Shown: positions 37,801-51,691, numbered from the stretch's first letter. The stretch is DNA of 64,000 bases from Raillietiella orientalis (GCA_036172245.1 JAYWIR010000026.1:2418001-2482000), one strand, 5' to 3'. Translations and numbers: made by a program. Notes: a model not told the origin generated them from the letters alone.

Positions 37801-39427
37801 TTTGCTCTTTTTTTGTGAGACTACTGCACAGAATCTTCCACATCTACTTCCCCTAGTTAGGCTCAGTTAGTTTCATTGGCATCCTAGGGGATTTCATTGC
37901 TTTATCGAGGATTCACAGGACACTCAGTTGCTGAACTACCTCCGCCCCTCCTGGATCCCTTGATGATAGCGGAGCAATTGAGCATTTTCTTATAAAGACA
38001 ATGTGGGCTATGAGTTGAACGTATGAATCTTTCCGCACAGGCTTCAGAGCTCATGCTGGATGCCCATCGTTTCTTTTCCTTTTTTATGACAATTAGTAAA
38101 ATGCCAAGTAGACGAACCCACTTCCATGACCAGCTATGGCAATTCTAGACGCCACGTGCATTAGTGCTGCTGGTGCAAGACGGCTAGCCTTTTGATTTCA
38201 TCTCCCAAGAGATGTCAGATTTTGCATTTTCACGCTGCTTTTTGAGAAATTTTCCTTAGGACTCCATTAATTCCCCTCCCCCCCCCATCTTTCTCATGCT
38301 TGAACTCTGTAAGAAAGAGAATAATATTCGTTGTCAATATTTCTTATGGGGTGATGGGATGTAAATAATGCCCGATTTGAATTTTTTTTTGGTTTGCTTT
38401 CTGCAGTCAGTAAATGCAAGGAGATGACTGCTGTCATCAATCTCGCGGCAGTTTTGCACTGAGTGAGAAATCAATATTCTCTGTGTATTGGGAGGTAGAA
38501 CAGCGTACACGCTTGCTATTTTACTGTACGCTGTCCAACGGTATTGCACGCTTCCTTGTATGTGCCTCGGGAGGCATTCCAGCGCTGCCCATTTAGTTAA
38601 TTACAGATTGGGTTAACTTTTCACTTGATTTCAGCAACAAGCCGAGGCAGTGATGATTAACTGATCCCAAATCCTTACGGAAAGGCAGGAGAATTACTTT
38701 CCAACTCGACGTCAAGGTTACTGCAGAGGAAGAAGTCCTAAACAGGAGCAGATGAAATCTTGCCTAGCGGAGTAGAGGGAAGAAGACAAATCCATCAGAA
38801 TTTCCAGCTCATCGGCAGCCCCTAATTTCCGAGCTCCACTTTCTCTTGTGGTTTGTGGATGCAAGAGCCCTTCCACGTTAACCCATTTTCCTCTTGCTCT
38901 CCTCCTCGTGCCGTGTGCTGAATTTGAAATTCGGTGTCATGGAAACGGCTGTGCATTTGATCCCCCTTGCACGTGTTGCATCCTCAACGTCGGTCGGCCG
39001 TCTCTCTCGCGAGGGCCTCGCAGCATCAGCAGCAGCATCTGACTCAGGGGGGCCGAGCATGTGGATGTTGAGTGCACGGTTCGACTTGGGTTGTACTGCT
39101 TTCCCCCTTCCCCCTCCCCCCCCCCAGCCGTGTATGAGTGGACTTGGATGAAAGTTTCTAGGTAACTGCGATTTCCGCGTGCGTACAAGAAGGAAATAGG
39201 TACGAACTTGGAAGGAGTGGAGGGACTTTCCAGCTCGAAAGCTGCTGCGTAGGCTTGCGAGCATGCTTGCAAATGACAAAAAATAAAGGTGTGAGAACTC
39301 AGAGCATGAGTACATGAATTTTTTTTCCAGGATCTGGTGGTTTGACATTGATTTCAACAAGTAAGAATCTGCGTTCGATGCAAATGTGCCCTTATATTTC
39401 CTGATATTAACTTAATTATGGAAGAAA

Positions 39428-42400
39428 ATGGATGAAAATGTCATAAATTTGATTCCTTATCAATATGATGTATCCGCAAAGGAGAAGGTAATGTTTTCTG
39501 CCTCGTTTTTGAAATCTGCCAGTCGCCCAGCAACTGGTTCTAGTATCTTACCTTCTGTATTGTGGGGATTAAATTAGCTGTGAGATGACTCACAAATTTG
39601 GAATGATCACTTTCTCATGTAATAGTTTGTGCCAGTCTTTAAATTGGCTCTATGTGCGGTCTGTAGTTTGCCCACTCAGTGACCATCATCCGGTGAACCC
39701 ACATGAAAAGGGTTCTTGATGTCATGTTACAGTTGTTAAGGAGCATTAGCCAAAACTCCATGCTAGGGCTGCAGAGTAACGAGGACAGTTCTCATAAAGA
39801 TGCATTCTGGAGAACACGACTAATAATTCTCCAGTCTAAATTCTGTAATACCAGAAGTTTTTGTTTTTGCTTGAAATTAAAGCAATGAAATTATGCAAAG
39901 ATAATGTTCCTAAGAATATTTCCAATTATTTATATTTCCTAAAATATTTCCCGACATTTCATTCTAAGGCTATATATACTCATTTTGCTCTTAAGCATGG
40001 GCACATCAAGAAATTGAGTGCACCTTTTAATTTATGCCTTTTTATTTGATCATTAACAGCTTTAGTAAGTTAACATTCCCAAGACTTATTTTCTTAGTAC
40101 AAATGAGCTTTTATTTGCAAGCACCACATTCCTACTCATCCTAAATTGAAATTGTACTGTTCTTTTTCAACCGCATAATTTAAATGAACTACCTTTCAAC
40201 TAGTAATCTGATCACTTATAGTGGTGAACATTTCTCCTTGAGCAGTCATCTGAGCAGTATCTATTGAAATCCCCATTTACCATTGTTGTTTATAATGATA
40301 GTTCGATTATAATATGAACACTTTATGTACGTATATATATATATTTGTATTTTTGTATTCTGAGTTCGGTAAGTCCTCATACATTGCATGATATTTGCTT
40401 ATAATACAAATTTGGAAACTGCCTGAAAGGTATGTTCATTTACATACAAGTTGTTAGGCATGTACATGTTTTTTGCTTACAGATATGAATGGAAGCATTG
40501 TATCAAATCTGTAAATTTTTCATTAGAGTTTTGTGATGAATTGTGACCTCTTTAGAGATTACGATTCATACTTTTAGTAATCATAGCAAGATAAAGTAAT
40601 TGTCAAGAATACTGCTTGTGTTATTCATTCCGAATTCTTGGTGCATTACAGAGACATTGATTCAAATACCATTAAGTTGCCCTTATGCTCATAGATTAAT
40701 TTAATGAATGAAAGTATTGGTTGATAATTTAACCTTGCCTTCCATGTTATATATGTGAAACACTTTAGTTTTGTACATTTTTATCCATTTATCTTTTTCA
40801 ATAGTAATTGCTTGCAAATATTCTGTGCTCATTTGTTGTAAGGCTTTTTTTTAATGCAGGTCCATTTTTTTTTTTCCATAGACACCAAGGTTGTCTATTC
40901 TTCTAGCATATGAAATTCATTATTATCCAGGCTGGATTTAATTTCAACCTTTGAAAGCATCTCACATTGCATTTATTTTATTTTCATGGCAAAACATTAA
41001 TGGAAAACAAGTTGCTTTTAAATTATTGCTTAATGATTCATTGTTATTTGAAAATTTGTATGCCAAGCATAGATATTTTTTATTTGATGTGTTAAAATAG
41101 CAGTAATGGCCAAATGTTTGCAGGGAATCATTCATAGATTGTTAAATCCGAGCACTTTTTAGATTCAATGTTTCATTGACCTGTGAAATCCCTTGTTCAA
41201 AATATTTCGAAGTAATTAATTCTAACAGTGGTTTAGTTGTTTGATGGATCTTTGTGTAGTCTGAAGATTGAAGGTGCTTTTTTATTTCCTTACCAGTTTT
41301 TGGTTATTCATACCAAGTTAAACATTTCCTATTAGGACAGGTCATGTATTAAAATAAGAATTATTTCTTCCATTTTTTCCCCAAGATTCCCTTAATTGAT
41401 TTTATTAGATTTTTCTCCACTTGTCATGTGAAAATACTTCCACTTTTTGGATTCTTTAGCATATTGTATTTTCTTTTGTTTTGAAAAGTGGCATTAGATT
41501 AAATCATTTATAACGAAATGCAGTGGAATTTCAATCGTCAATTTCAATTCCATCAATGTTTCTCTTCTCATCTTATGACTTGAATTTCCGAAATGGTTGA
41601 TTACTGGTTTGAATAATTAGGAAAATCATCCATTTTCCACATCTCAACTTCAGTATTCATAACTTCTAGTTTTTTCAACTTAACATTTGACAATGAAAAT
41701 TCGTTTAATGTTTGATGTATTTTGTTAATTAACTGTGCCATCACTTGTGTGTGTTTAAAAGCCTCAAACTTTTTAGGTTTACTCTTATTTTGAAGAAGTT
41801 AAAACTTCGGCTGAAGGATGGAAACATTGCATATCATTATTATCCAGTAGATCTGTCACAGAGGAAGTCAAGTTTTTTTGCTTTCAAGTATTAGAATACC
41901 ATATTAAGCAAAATTATGAATCCTCATCGATTGACGAACAAGAAATTGTAAAAGGTTTCCTTTTTCAGTATGTCATTAATGTTGTAAGTAAGCAAAATAG
42001 CGTGTTTTTTTTGTGATAAAGGATTAAATTTCAGTGTAATTCTGGACTAAATGAAAAGCCCTTTCTTGCAAACAAGTTAGCACAGCTTTTCTCTTTGGTG
42101 TTTGTAAGGGATTGTTTAGTTAGTTTGCCCACATTCTTTCAGAGTTTATGGGGGATTCTTAATTTTGGTCCTATTGCTGTAGACATTTATTTGAGAATTC
42201 TCAAAGCCCTTGATTGGGAGGTAAGTATAATGGTGAGGTGTATCTTCTACTCAATTTCAAATTATGTTACAGATAGCTGATAAAGAAGTTATTCATACAA
42301 AGGAAGAATCGCAGAAAAATGCACTCATAAAAGATAACATGAGGGAACAGTGCGTTTCTCAACTTGTAGATACTTTTTATTTAATTTTGGTATGTTTTTA

Positions 42401-45400
42401 AACTCATGATCAGAAGATTTTCGATTTCTTGAAGTCACTAGCATGATTCAAAAATTCACTTCTGCTCTAGCTTTAAATCTGTCGTAATATGCTAATCAGT
42501 TACTCTAGACTAATGTATATCTTACCAACTTTTGAATGCATTATGACTTCCTAAGATCATGTGCTCATTATTCTCATCATCAACTCCCCCAACCAAACAA
42601 ATGAGAAAACACACCATTTTGACAAACAAGATAACATTAAAGATGTTGCATGTAGGATATTGGACAGTGGGTTGCATAATTTGTTTGACTAATTTTGCAT
42701 AAACTAGTATTGAATGTGGAAGACAAATTTGTGCTCTTTTGCAGAATACATATGAAACTAGTCATCCAGAATTAGTTAATGAATGCCTGGAAGTAATTGG
42801 TTTGTTCATAGTTTGGATAGATATTCAATTGGTTGCTAATGAGAAATTTGTGAGCATTTTGCTGCGAGAAATCAAGATGCCTCTGTTACGAGAGAGAGTT
42901 GCAGAATGCATTGGAGAAATCATTTCCAAAGGCATGGATCCTATTTGCAAATATGAGTTGATAGAGTCTTTTGTTAGTGTACTTGATTCTCAAGGTGTTC
43001 TCACTGCAGTAGTAGTAAGAAAGTACATCATGTGTTTAGATAATAGTGTTTTTTCAGAGTGAGGATGCAGAAGACGAAGATTTTCACTTTCAAATTGCTA
43101 AATTGGTGAATGGATTGGCTTGTAACTTGTTAGAAAGCTATCAGAAGTAAGAATTGTTTCCCTGTCCCCCCCTCCTCCCCTCCTCTTTGCATTATGCATG
43201 TATCAGACTTGTAAAGGCCAACAACAGTCATGCAAGCATCATCCTGGAAGCTGTGCGGAGGAAAGTACCTTTGGTGCTGAGTTTTTTGGAAAGCAACGTT
43301 GATGATGCCAGTGCAGTTGTCTTGGAATTTTTAAGGGAATATCTTCAAGTATGTGCAAAGCACACTTTGGATGCTTTTAAATGTAACATCCAAATTTAGC
43401 TTCTGAAGCAGCAGCCTTCACTCACAGAATTGGAAATGCAACATCTTCAGGTTTTGTTTCCAATCATCATCCAAAAGATGAAATATGATGAAAGCCTTGA
43501 CTCAGATGTGGATTCTGAGGCCGAAGCACTATTCTTGGGGTTTAGGTAATGCTGAAAGTGTTTGTTGTTGCATGTGTGCTTTCAGTCATCTTCCTTTCTA
43601 TGGTCTTTGAAAGCACTTGAAAACAACAATGCTTAATTCTCTGATGTGTTTGCTTTCAGAAAACAGCTAAAAGTACTTTTTGACAACTTGAGTGGTGTAA
43701 ACAGGGAATGGGTGCAAAGCAAGGCATACGAATATATAGTTGCCGTACTTACCAGATGGCAGAGTTTAACATACAGTGAAGTGGAAATAGCTATTTATTT
43801 ACTGTATCTCTTGGGAGAAGTTATACCTAGTTCATTAGCCAGCCAGTTTACTGCCATAAGTCATCCTCCTTCTGTGCTTCAACAGCTGGTTGAATTACTG
43901 ATGTCAAGCAATGTTAGCATGTATCGTCATCCCAAAGTTAACTTGCAGTTCTTTGAAACTGTTACTCGTTATGAAAAGTTCTTTGAATTGTTCCCAGATT
44001 ATATTCCAAATGTTCTGTTGGCCTTTGTAGACGTCAGAGGAATGAGAAATCCTGATCTTAGAGTGCGAAGCCGCACGTCTTACTTGTTTTGCAAGTTTGT
44101 TAAAGGCGTAAGGTGATTTCCCCATTCACATTCATCAGTTGGATCACGTGTGTGTTTTATGCTAGAGGTCAGCTGAAGAGCTGTGCAAGTAATATACTGC
44201 ACATGCTTCCTGAGCTTCTTACGTTGTCCTTTCCATCAAATTCACCAGAAACAGCGCTTTTGTCACAAGATGATCAGCTGTTTGTTTTTGAAGCAGCCAC
44301 AGTCTTAATTATAGAACAGTTTTCCGATAATTCTATGGTGAGCAATGTCTTGTCAAGCTTTTGACCTTCTGCTTTTCACAGAAACAGCTGCAATTAAAAA
44401 ACCTCCTAACTCCGGTGTTTGAAAATTTTCCCATGTTTGTTCTCTATCTTAAAAATGAAACAGATAAAGTAAAGCAAGCTGAGATTTCATCATGCATCTG
44501 TCATGCCATTGGTGTGGTGGCCCGAACCAGCAAGGCATTCAGCAATGAATACACTATGAAAGCATGCAATTGCATTGACATTTATTTGCAGTCATTGGAA
44601 GTATTTCTGGCAGTCCTGCAAGTAATGCAAAGGTGGTCTTTCAAAATCGTCATTGTGTTTAGGTGCCAGAATCAGCAAATATGATTCAGAGTTCTGTGAG
44701 GCAGTTTCTTCACAGAATGGTTGTTTGTTTAGAAGAAGAACTCATTCCTTACATTCCAGTCATCTTTCAACTTATATTCAAGGATTCAAATGTGCAGAGC
44801 ATCCTTGAGTTCATTCCTTTGCTCAATCAGATTATCTGTAAATATAAAGTATGTGAAGAAATCTTTACAATTTTGGATTCCAATTGCCATCTTTGTGTTT
44901 CAGAAAGTTGTAGCACCTTTATTGATGTCATCTTTTCCATCCATTGTACAGGTGTTCCACATATCTTTTGCACATCCTCATGATGCTAATGATTTACAAG
45001 CTAAAAGAGAACATCAGTTATTGCAGCGCAGTTATTTTCAGTTCATTGCCGTGCTCATAAACAATTTGTTTGAGGTGTTGGGAGTGCAAAACAACTGTGA
45101 TCTGAAATCTCTCTTTCTGAACATAACTGAAGCAGCTATAGAATGTGGAGATCCAATGGTGAGCATGAGTAAGGATTTTTAAGTAATTTAAGTTTCCTCC
45201 TCATAGACACAAAAGCTGTGCTTCTCCATTCTGAAGAAAGTTGTGGAAATTTGGGGTGGTTCGGACGGATCACTGGTTTTCTCCAATCTCATGTATGAAC
45301 ATATACTTCCATGTTGCTTCCTAGCTCCTTCTAAATCCACTTTTGACCTGACTGATGCACAGACTCTTTTTGCATTGAATGAAATAGCTGTTTGTCTCCA

Positions 45401-45682
45401 AATGATGTACAAGCAAAAGGTAAAGTAGAGAATGTAAAAACGCTGTATTAAATGAAGACGTTCTTCATTTTACTGTGATCCTAATGACAGGGTCAAGAAT
45501 TTATTCACTTCCTAAAAAAGGAATATTTTCCCTCCCTTCATTTGAAAGATGAAGTAATTGAAGGTTTCATCAGTATGTTGGAATCAGAACCCAAAACATT
45601 TCGCACGTTTTTAAAAGTGAGTATGACATGTTCACACAGCTTTCATGTCTTGCAGAAATTTTTTCAGGAGCATAAGGGTTAA
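39428..45682 (+). CDS. XPOT: Exportin-T (tRNA exportin), 16 exons
   Basis: Exon 1 39428-39487 MDENVINLIPYQYDVSAKEK (20 aa, same length as the human MDEQ..FRQR segment), then VYSYFEEVKTSAEGWKHC, VKFFCFQVLE, IKDNMREQC, WIDIQLVAN, KGMDP, FRKQLKVLFDNL, QFFETVTRYEKFF, VRSRTSYLFCKFVK, FLHRMVVCL, FDLTDAQT, ending KFFQEHKG*; all GT-AG. Confidence 0.96.
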
Positions 45683-46529
45683 AATTGCCAATGTCCAAGT
45701 ATCTTGGCACTGAGAATTCGAAAAAGAAACTATTCTTGAAAAAGACATTTCCTCAGTGAGAAGAGTACATGTATTTTGTTACTTATTTAAAAGCGTAATT
45801 TAATAACTCGAAATAATAAATTATTTAAATATTTTTGACTTGGATTGTGGATCAAAAGCACACAATCCTTCAAACTTGGCAGTGACTATGACATCAGGGC
45901 GGTACATTGATTTCACTCATGCTTCAGTGCTAAGGAGCTGAAAGTTTTAACAGATTATTCCGTTTCTTACATTTGTAAGTAATGGATTGCAACTAATCTT
46001 GGGTGCTATCTTTTCACGATGTTGGTATGAGGCACCAAATATGTACTGAATGCTCCATTTTGATTTGATAATGTTAGTAGATAAAGGTAAGCTGGATCCA
46101 CTGATGAGTAAGTAGCCCCGAAGATTACGTCAGACCGTTCTGCCTTTGCGTGAAAACATATATTCGTCAATGAGTGCACACCAGTTTTGCTGACCAGTGT
46201 TGGTATGGCAGTACTGCTGCAGTAGACTTGGATTTCAGTATTATTATTTAGTACCTTTGGAAAATAAATCTGATAATGCTGTTTGTATCTGTATAGAAAT
46301 GACAGCAAATGTTATCTCATTTTTGTGTGTGTGTGTGTGTGCAAAAGCATATATTACTAGTACTTCACGCTTAGGAAGCCGAAGGCTCGTGTTTTTTTTT
46401 TTTTTTTTTCCTCCTTTTCCTGTTTTGGTTTGGAAAAGGAAAAATGGTGTTGCATACAACACAATCTGGCCCCATCAACAGTGTGATCCACTTGTGCTGG
46501 GCATGAGTGGTTGAAAAGAGCATGAAGTT

Positions 46530-47250
46530 ACCACCTCACTCCGAACCACCCGATGTTCGCAGCTGCCAACACCGATTTCAGTTTGGAAAAAGTGCTCAGC
46601 CGTGGGGAGAGCGGTCGCACATTTGTTTTGTGCCGTGCTTCGACGGATTCCGGCAGAGAGGGGGAAGTCTTCGGTTCTCGCCTCGAACCGGAAACTTTCC
46701 CTCCTTCGCCTTCTCGCACCGTGGACCTGCAGCATCCGTCCCGATCAGTATTCGGCGCTCGGCTGCTCATCACGAAATCGGAACTCCCGACGGACGACAA
46801 ATGAGTGCAAGTTCGGGGCGGTGCACGCACGTCTTCGAAGGATGGTTTTCGCGCAGTTCTGGAATCTGCACAAAGTCCGGTTGAAAGTCCTCTTCTTTCC
46901 TGCTGTGCGACGTTCGGCACTGGTCAGACCTGCCAAGCTGGTTCCGCCGGGGTCGCCCTTATGCCGAATGCCACAGCAACGTTCCTGCGCTCCAAGAAGT
47001 CCATCGCCGTCCTCCCCCCGTTCCAACCGCTTCGCTCATTAAAGCTCATCTGAGCCTGCCTACGCCGAAGCAACCGGTTACGACGACCCCTGGCAAAAAA
47101 AACCTGAATCCACCTCGGGATCGCTGTACAGCCGTTCGCTGGAAAACACGACTGGTGAGGGCCGCGCGGAAGGACGGCAGCATCTGAGCACGGCGCCTTC
47201 CAGCAAAACAAACTTTCTCGGAATCTGTGGTGTTTTAAACCTGTGGATTG
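46530..47250 (-). mobile_element. Possible BEL/Pao RNase H-region remnant, GC-enriched
   Basis: Minus-strand traces IPRW, EQPSAEY*SG (~NPADxxSRG) and LSTFSKLKSVLA (~YSSWxKLxRVxA) in the expected order across frameshifts. Confidence 0.25.
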
Positions 47251-48139
47251 GCGATTGCAGATGAACGCAGGGCACGAACTCTGTTTTGCTGTTATCTTAT
47301 CCGTGACTCATTTGGCACACTCGGAAATGCGGGGAGGGGGGGGGGGAGGAAGAAACTTCGAACTGTTTCCGGTGTCGGCCTGACCAGATGCCGAGCCTAA
47401 CGAGCAAGTGAACGTCCAGACGGGTAAAAGGAACCTACTCTGGAAGCGGTTCCATTTCGAAAGCAGGACTTGCGTTCTAATGGGACACACATAAATCCGA
47501 AATGAACTAAAAATAAAAAAAAAAAAAAGTAGCTGAACTGTAATCGAATAGCCTCGCAAACGAAAGTGTGTCCATTTACTTAGAGTACATGTCGAAAAAA
47601 AGGAAGAAGAAGCATTTGCCAACACCAGGAGAGGATCCGGAAACAGAGTAGGAGTGGCTACAACGAATCTGAAATGCTGGCAGGTTTGCTAATTTCGTGA
47701 TCCATGGTGCAGTGGTGCGATGGAGCATGCCTAAGCGCCGTCCTCAGCCTTTTGAAACCATTCCTTAAACCCGGCAAACCTGCGTGTCAAACGATGATCA
47801 AGAACCGGCCTCGAGGTGGGCGATCTGCACACACTCCGACGTGGTCCCAGCGAACGAGACTTCGTGCACGCGTAATGAAAATAAGAACAAGGATCGGGTG
47901 GCAAGCAAACCCGAAGCCACAGGGCAGGACGTACGCAAGCACACAGAAAGAGCAGTCGGGCAGAGCAGCAGATGGGCCACACACAGACTGCGAGAGAGGC
48001 ACCAAAGGAAGAATGTGTCAGAGATGCCAAGTGCAGACTCCCGGAGTCTGAACGTCCTTCTGTTTCTTATGCTGATTGAAACGGAACTGCTTGCTCGTCA
48101 GGAACACGCGTAAAACAAACAGGAAATCAGAAAAAAAAC

Positions 48140-49300
48140 GTACACGTAACGACGAGGAGGAAATTCAAACGGCGCTAAATGATCCAAATTAATAAACAGC
48201 CATGAGCACACAGCTCGGCATAACACCAAGGAGGTTAAGGGTCAATTATCGGCGATATCAAACACGTTTGTGTTCCTCCTGCAAGGGCAACCGGGAATAG
48301 GTCCGCGACGCTGCCATCAGTAACCTGCACGATTCATTCCCTAATTAATGCTATGAAGAAATCGTTAAAGGCACAAACCGAAATCACGTCGAACGCAAAA
48401 CTGCTGACATTAAAAAGATGATGATGATGGAGGTCTCGGATTTTCCTGGACCCCGTCAAATTTATTAAAAGGAAGGCTTACTTTTTCATTCGGCTTTAAT
48501 CATGGCGGAAGCCCTTAGATTTTCATGTGGAACTGGCGAGTGAAAATTTCCGGCAAACATCGACACTTGGAAGCGGCCAAAGTGGACGGACGCTCCCCTA
48601 TTCCGCACGCTGCCTCTACGCACTGCTGGTGCCGCACCCGTTCGGCCCCGCTTACGGAGAGCGTAAAGAAAATGGTTGAGAATGAAGATGGGCGAATCCC
48701 CAAGAAATGCTGGGGAGCTCCGTGGCTGGGCTCCGTGGAGAGCTGCTTTCACGGGGGCATTTTCCGCCCACGCTGCATCGGGAGGAACTTCGTTGAGAGT
48801 TCAAACCACCCACCCCGTTTGAATACGTTTCGCCGACCAGTTTGTTTTTTTTTTTTTGTGTGTGTGTGCCCAGCAAGGGAATAAAACGGAAAACTACAAG
48901 CCCCGCCTATTCCCAAGATGCAGTTTCCAACATGGAGCAGAGGACTGAGAGCATCCGAGAAATGGAATCCGCGAGCCGAAAGGGGGTCCGGCGGTACTGC
49001 GCCGTAGGCTTATTTTCACGACGACTTCCAGACTTCCTTAGGATTACGGAATGGTCGGGAGAAAATGACCGAGGGCGATACCAAGGTGGATGCCGGGGGA
49101 GTAGAAGATAGGAAAGTGTGGACGCAATCGAACGCGACGGGCCTGGCAAGGTGGAAGGTCCCGCGAGACCAGGCCAACTGGTGAGACGGGTGAATCGGTG
49201 CCAACTTAGTCACCGGGGGGCACGGCAGTCGTCGCACTCAGACGCCGCCATGCAGCTGGAACGCGGGCGGACGCCCCGGAGCTTCGGACCGGGGACTGGA
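48140..49300 (+). mobile_element. Decayed non-LTR retrotransposon reverse transcriptase N-terminal part, apparently interrupted
   Basis: EEEIQTALN...GITP..LR (~EEIxxAL..KAPGPDGI), DAAISNLH, NYKP (~NYRPIS), YQGGCRG..VDAI (~QxGFRxGRSTxDAI). Confidence 0.35.
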
Positions 49301-50581
49301 AGTCTGTAGGCGAAAGTCAGCGCTCCCGGCTCCCGTACCAGCTCCGGCAGATGCTCCGTCCGGAATCGAAGAGGTCGTGGCGCTTCCGGGAAGCTTTCTC
49401 GCAGGTCCGCATTCATCCCGGAACCGTCCCCAAGGTTTCTTCGGGAGTCCCCGCAGAGGAGGGTAAGGCCAGGACCGGCCAGGTGGCACGCGGACGTGGT
49501 GCCCGGATGCGGCGATCCCCGCGCTCCTCGTAGGACTTGGGCCGGGTGCGGGGAAACGGGAGCAAGGAGAGGGGAGATCTCTTCCCGACGCGCGTAGGAG
49601 ATTCCTCCCCCCTGACACCCTTCCCCATCTGGAGCCGCAATCGCGAGAAGGGCAGCCTCGGACGTTCTACCCAGGCGGGAGAGTAGCCTCCGCCATCTTC
49701 GCCCCCAAGTTGTTGCGCGAACCGCATGGGGTTGGGGACGGTACGCGCTCTACAGGGTGGACGTCGTCGAGGGAGCGGAGGACTGGAGGCACGCAGGGAA
49801 GGAAGGCTCTCCCTTCCCTTTCCTCTCACGAGGGAGGAGCGATCGTTGGCGGCCGTCCACGGGCAGCGGAGAGACGACGACGATCCACAGTGGCCGTGAG
49901 GGGGAAAGACGGAAGGGTTTGGGATGCACCCCGGCCTCGGTAGCGGAGGGGCTCACTCCTTCTCCCTCCACTGAGCGTGTGGTCGTGGCACCAGGGAAGG
50001 CCTCGTTAGGAGCCTCTGCAAGAGGGGAGAGCGGGGAAGGGCACCAGGCCGGGAATGTCCATGGGGGTAGGGGAGGTCACCAGGGTGGTCGTCCGACCTC
50101 CTGGGTGAGGAGAGAGGGAGGAGCGGTGGCGACAGACAACTCGACCTCCCGTCATGTGGACTGAGAGGCGGCTGGAGCGGGAGGCCTGGGAGTGGGCGGC
50201 ATGCGAGACCCCGTGATCCCCGCACCCTCCGCGGGGCGGGTTTCACGTAGGAGAGCCGACCTCTCCCCTCTCCGGAGGGATGGTCTGGAATGAACAGGAG
50301 CACTGTCGGCAGCGCAGAAGGGACGACAGCCCGGAGGTGCAAGTGCGGGCGTCCCTTCCCCCCCCCCCGCACTCCCATCCTTTTCCTTGGGGGTGTCCGC
50401 AGATCAGCATCCGAGCACGGCGGCGTTAACGGGGGCCTGGGAGAGTTCTGGGAGGGGGAAAGACCACGTGAGACCAGGCAAAGGCCGACTCGGTACGGCA
50501 CCCTTCCGTCCCCGGGCGAGTCTGAGGTGCTCCCGAGCGTCACCTGTCCAAGAGGGATCCGCGGGAAGCCGCGGCGGCAGC

Positions 50582-51691
50582 CCAAAAATAGGCCGCACGG
50601 TCGGGGGGCAGCAGAGAGGAGGAGGCCGTGGGGCAGTTTGCAGCGGCCCCTCTCCGCGCGGGAGCGGAAGGGGCTGTCGGCAGGTAACGCCCCGGGACGA
50701 TGTCCCGCCTCAGGGGATGGAGTCCCTTCCAGTCCCTCGAGAACACTCAGCCAGCCCCCCGCGTTGAGAGGATGAGGCGCTTGGCGCGCATCCGTGCCCC
50801 CCTGATCTGAAAGGGGGGAAGAGGAGGCAGGGTTGCGTTTGCGTCCGTGCTTTCTCCACGGGGAGTGCTGCCCGAGCGAGAGAGCCGCTGCGTGACGTAA
50901 CGGACGAGCGTGGGAAGCTCCCCTGTTTTAGGTGCGCTTCTGCAGGCGAGGCGAGGGCTTGGGAAGGAAGGGAAGGCGGGGGAAGGGGAGAGAAGGAAGG
51001 AGCAGCTCCTCTCTGAGAGATGCAAAGGCGGCTGATAGATGGCGCTGTGCCCTACATCTCGTCATTTCGGGAAGGCGAGCCCGTCGAGCCGGAGAGGACG
51101 GAAGGGAAAAAAAAGAGGGGAGGGGGAAGCGCGGGTCCCTTTGAGGAGTGGGGGAGGGGAAGGGAAAGAAGACTTTTGCTTGCTCCCTCCTTCCGGCTGT
51201 GCCGAACTGCCTTCTTCCTTCCCATCCCCTCCTCCTTCTCCTGCCCCCTTCCATTCCCTCGGTAGGGAGGGCGGAGGAGCGGGAAGGGCTCAGCGAATCC
51301 TTGGGGACGTCCTCGAGGGAAGGGGGAGGGAAGCTGCAGAGTCTCCCCCGCACCCCCGACCGGTGCGTGCGGCTCCCGCGTGGGAAAACGCCGGTCCGCC
51401 GGTGAAATCCGCGCACGTGGCGCGCTTCTTCGGGCCGAAATGCGAACGCCAATCCAAAAATAGGCAGCGGGGATGGGTGGGTGGGGGGGGGGGGGGGAGG
51501 AGGGAAAGGAGGATGGGGAGCAGTGCAGGGACGTCCACTGCTGCTCTTCGACGCTTCCCCGAGTGCGGCGGGGCGCGGCGGCCGCCCACGCGTTACGTAA
51601 CAAAATGATTCCGTCACGACGCGTAGTCCTGAGAAAAGGGGCGTGCGTTATTCACTCGGGCAATGGGAATCCGAAGAGTTCCGTGACGTAA
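50582..51691 (+). promoter_or_regulatory. Putative promoter/enhancer of the zinc-finger gene
   Basis: Two CCAAAAATAG (MEF2-type) at 50582 and 51454, CCAAT at 51449, TGACGTAA at 50893 and 51684, TTACGTAA at 51593, in CpG-rich DNA 1-2 kb upstream of the ATG. Confidence 0.45.

Noticed and set aside
38330..39360. GC-richer segment and 160-aa minus-strand ORF upstream of XPOT
   Set aside because: No recognisable domain or exon structure; may be promoter DNA or a gag-like relic.
39488..41776. Intronic C/D box snoRNA in XPOT intron 1 (GTGATGA near 40533)
   Set aside because: No suitably placed CTGA D box or terminal stem.
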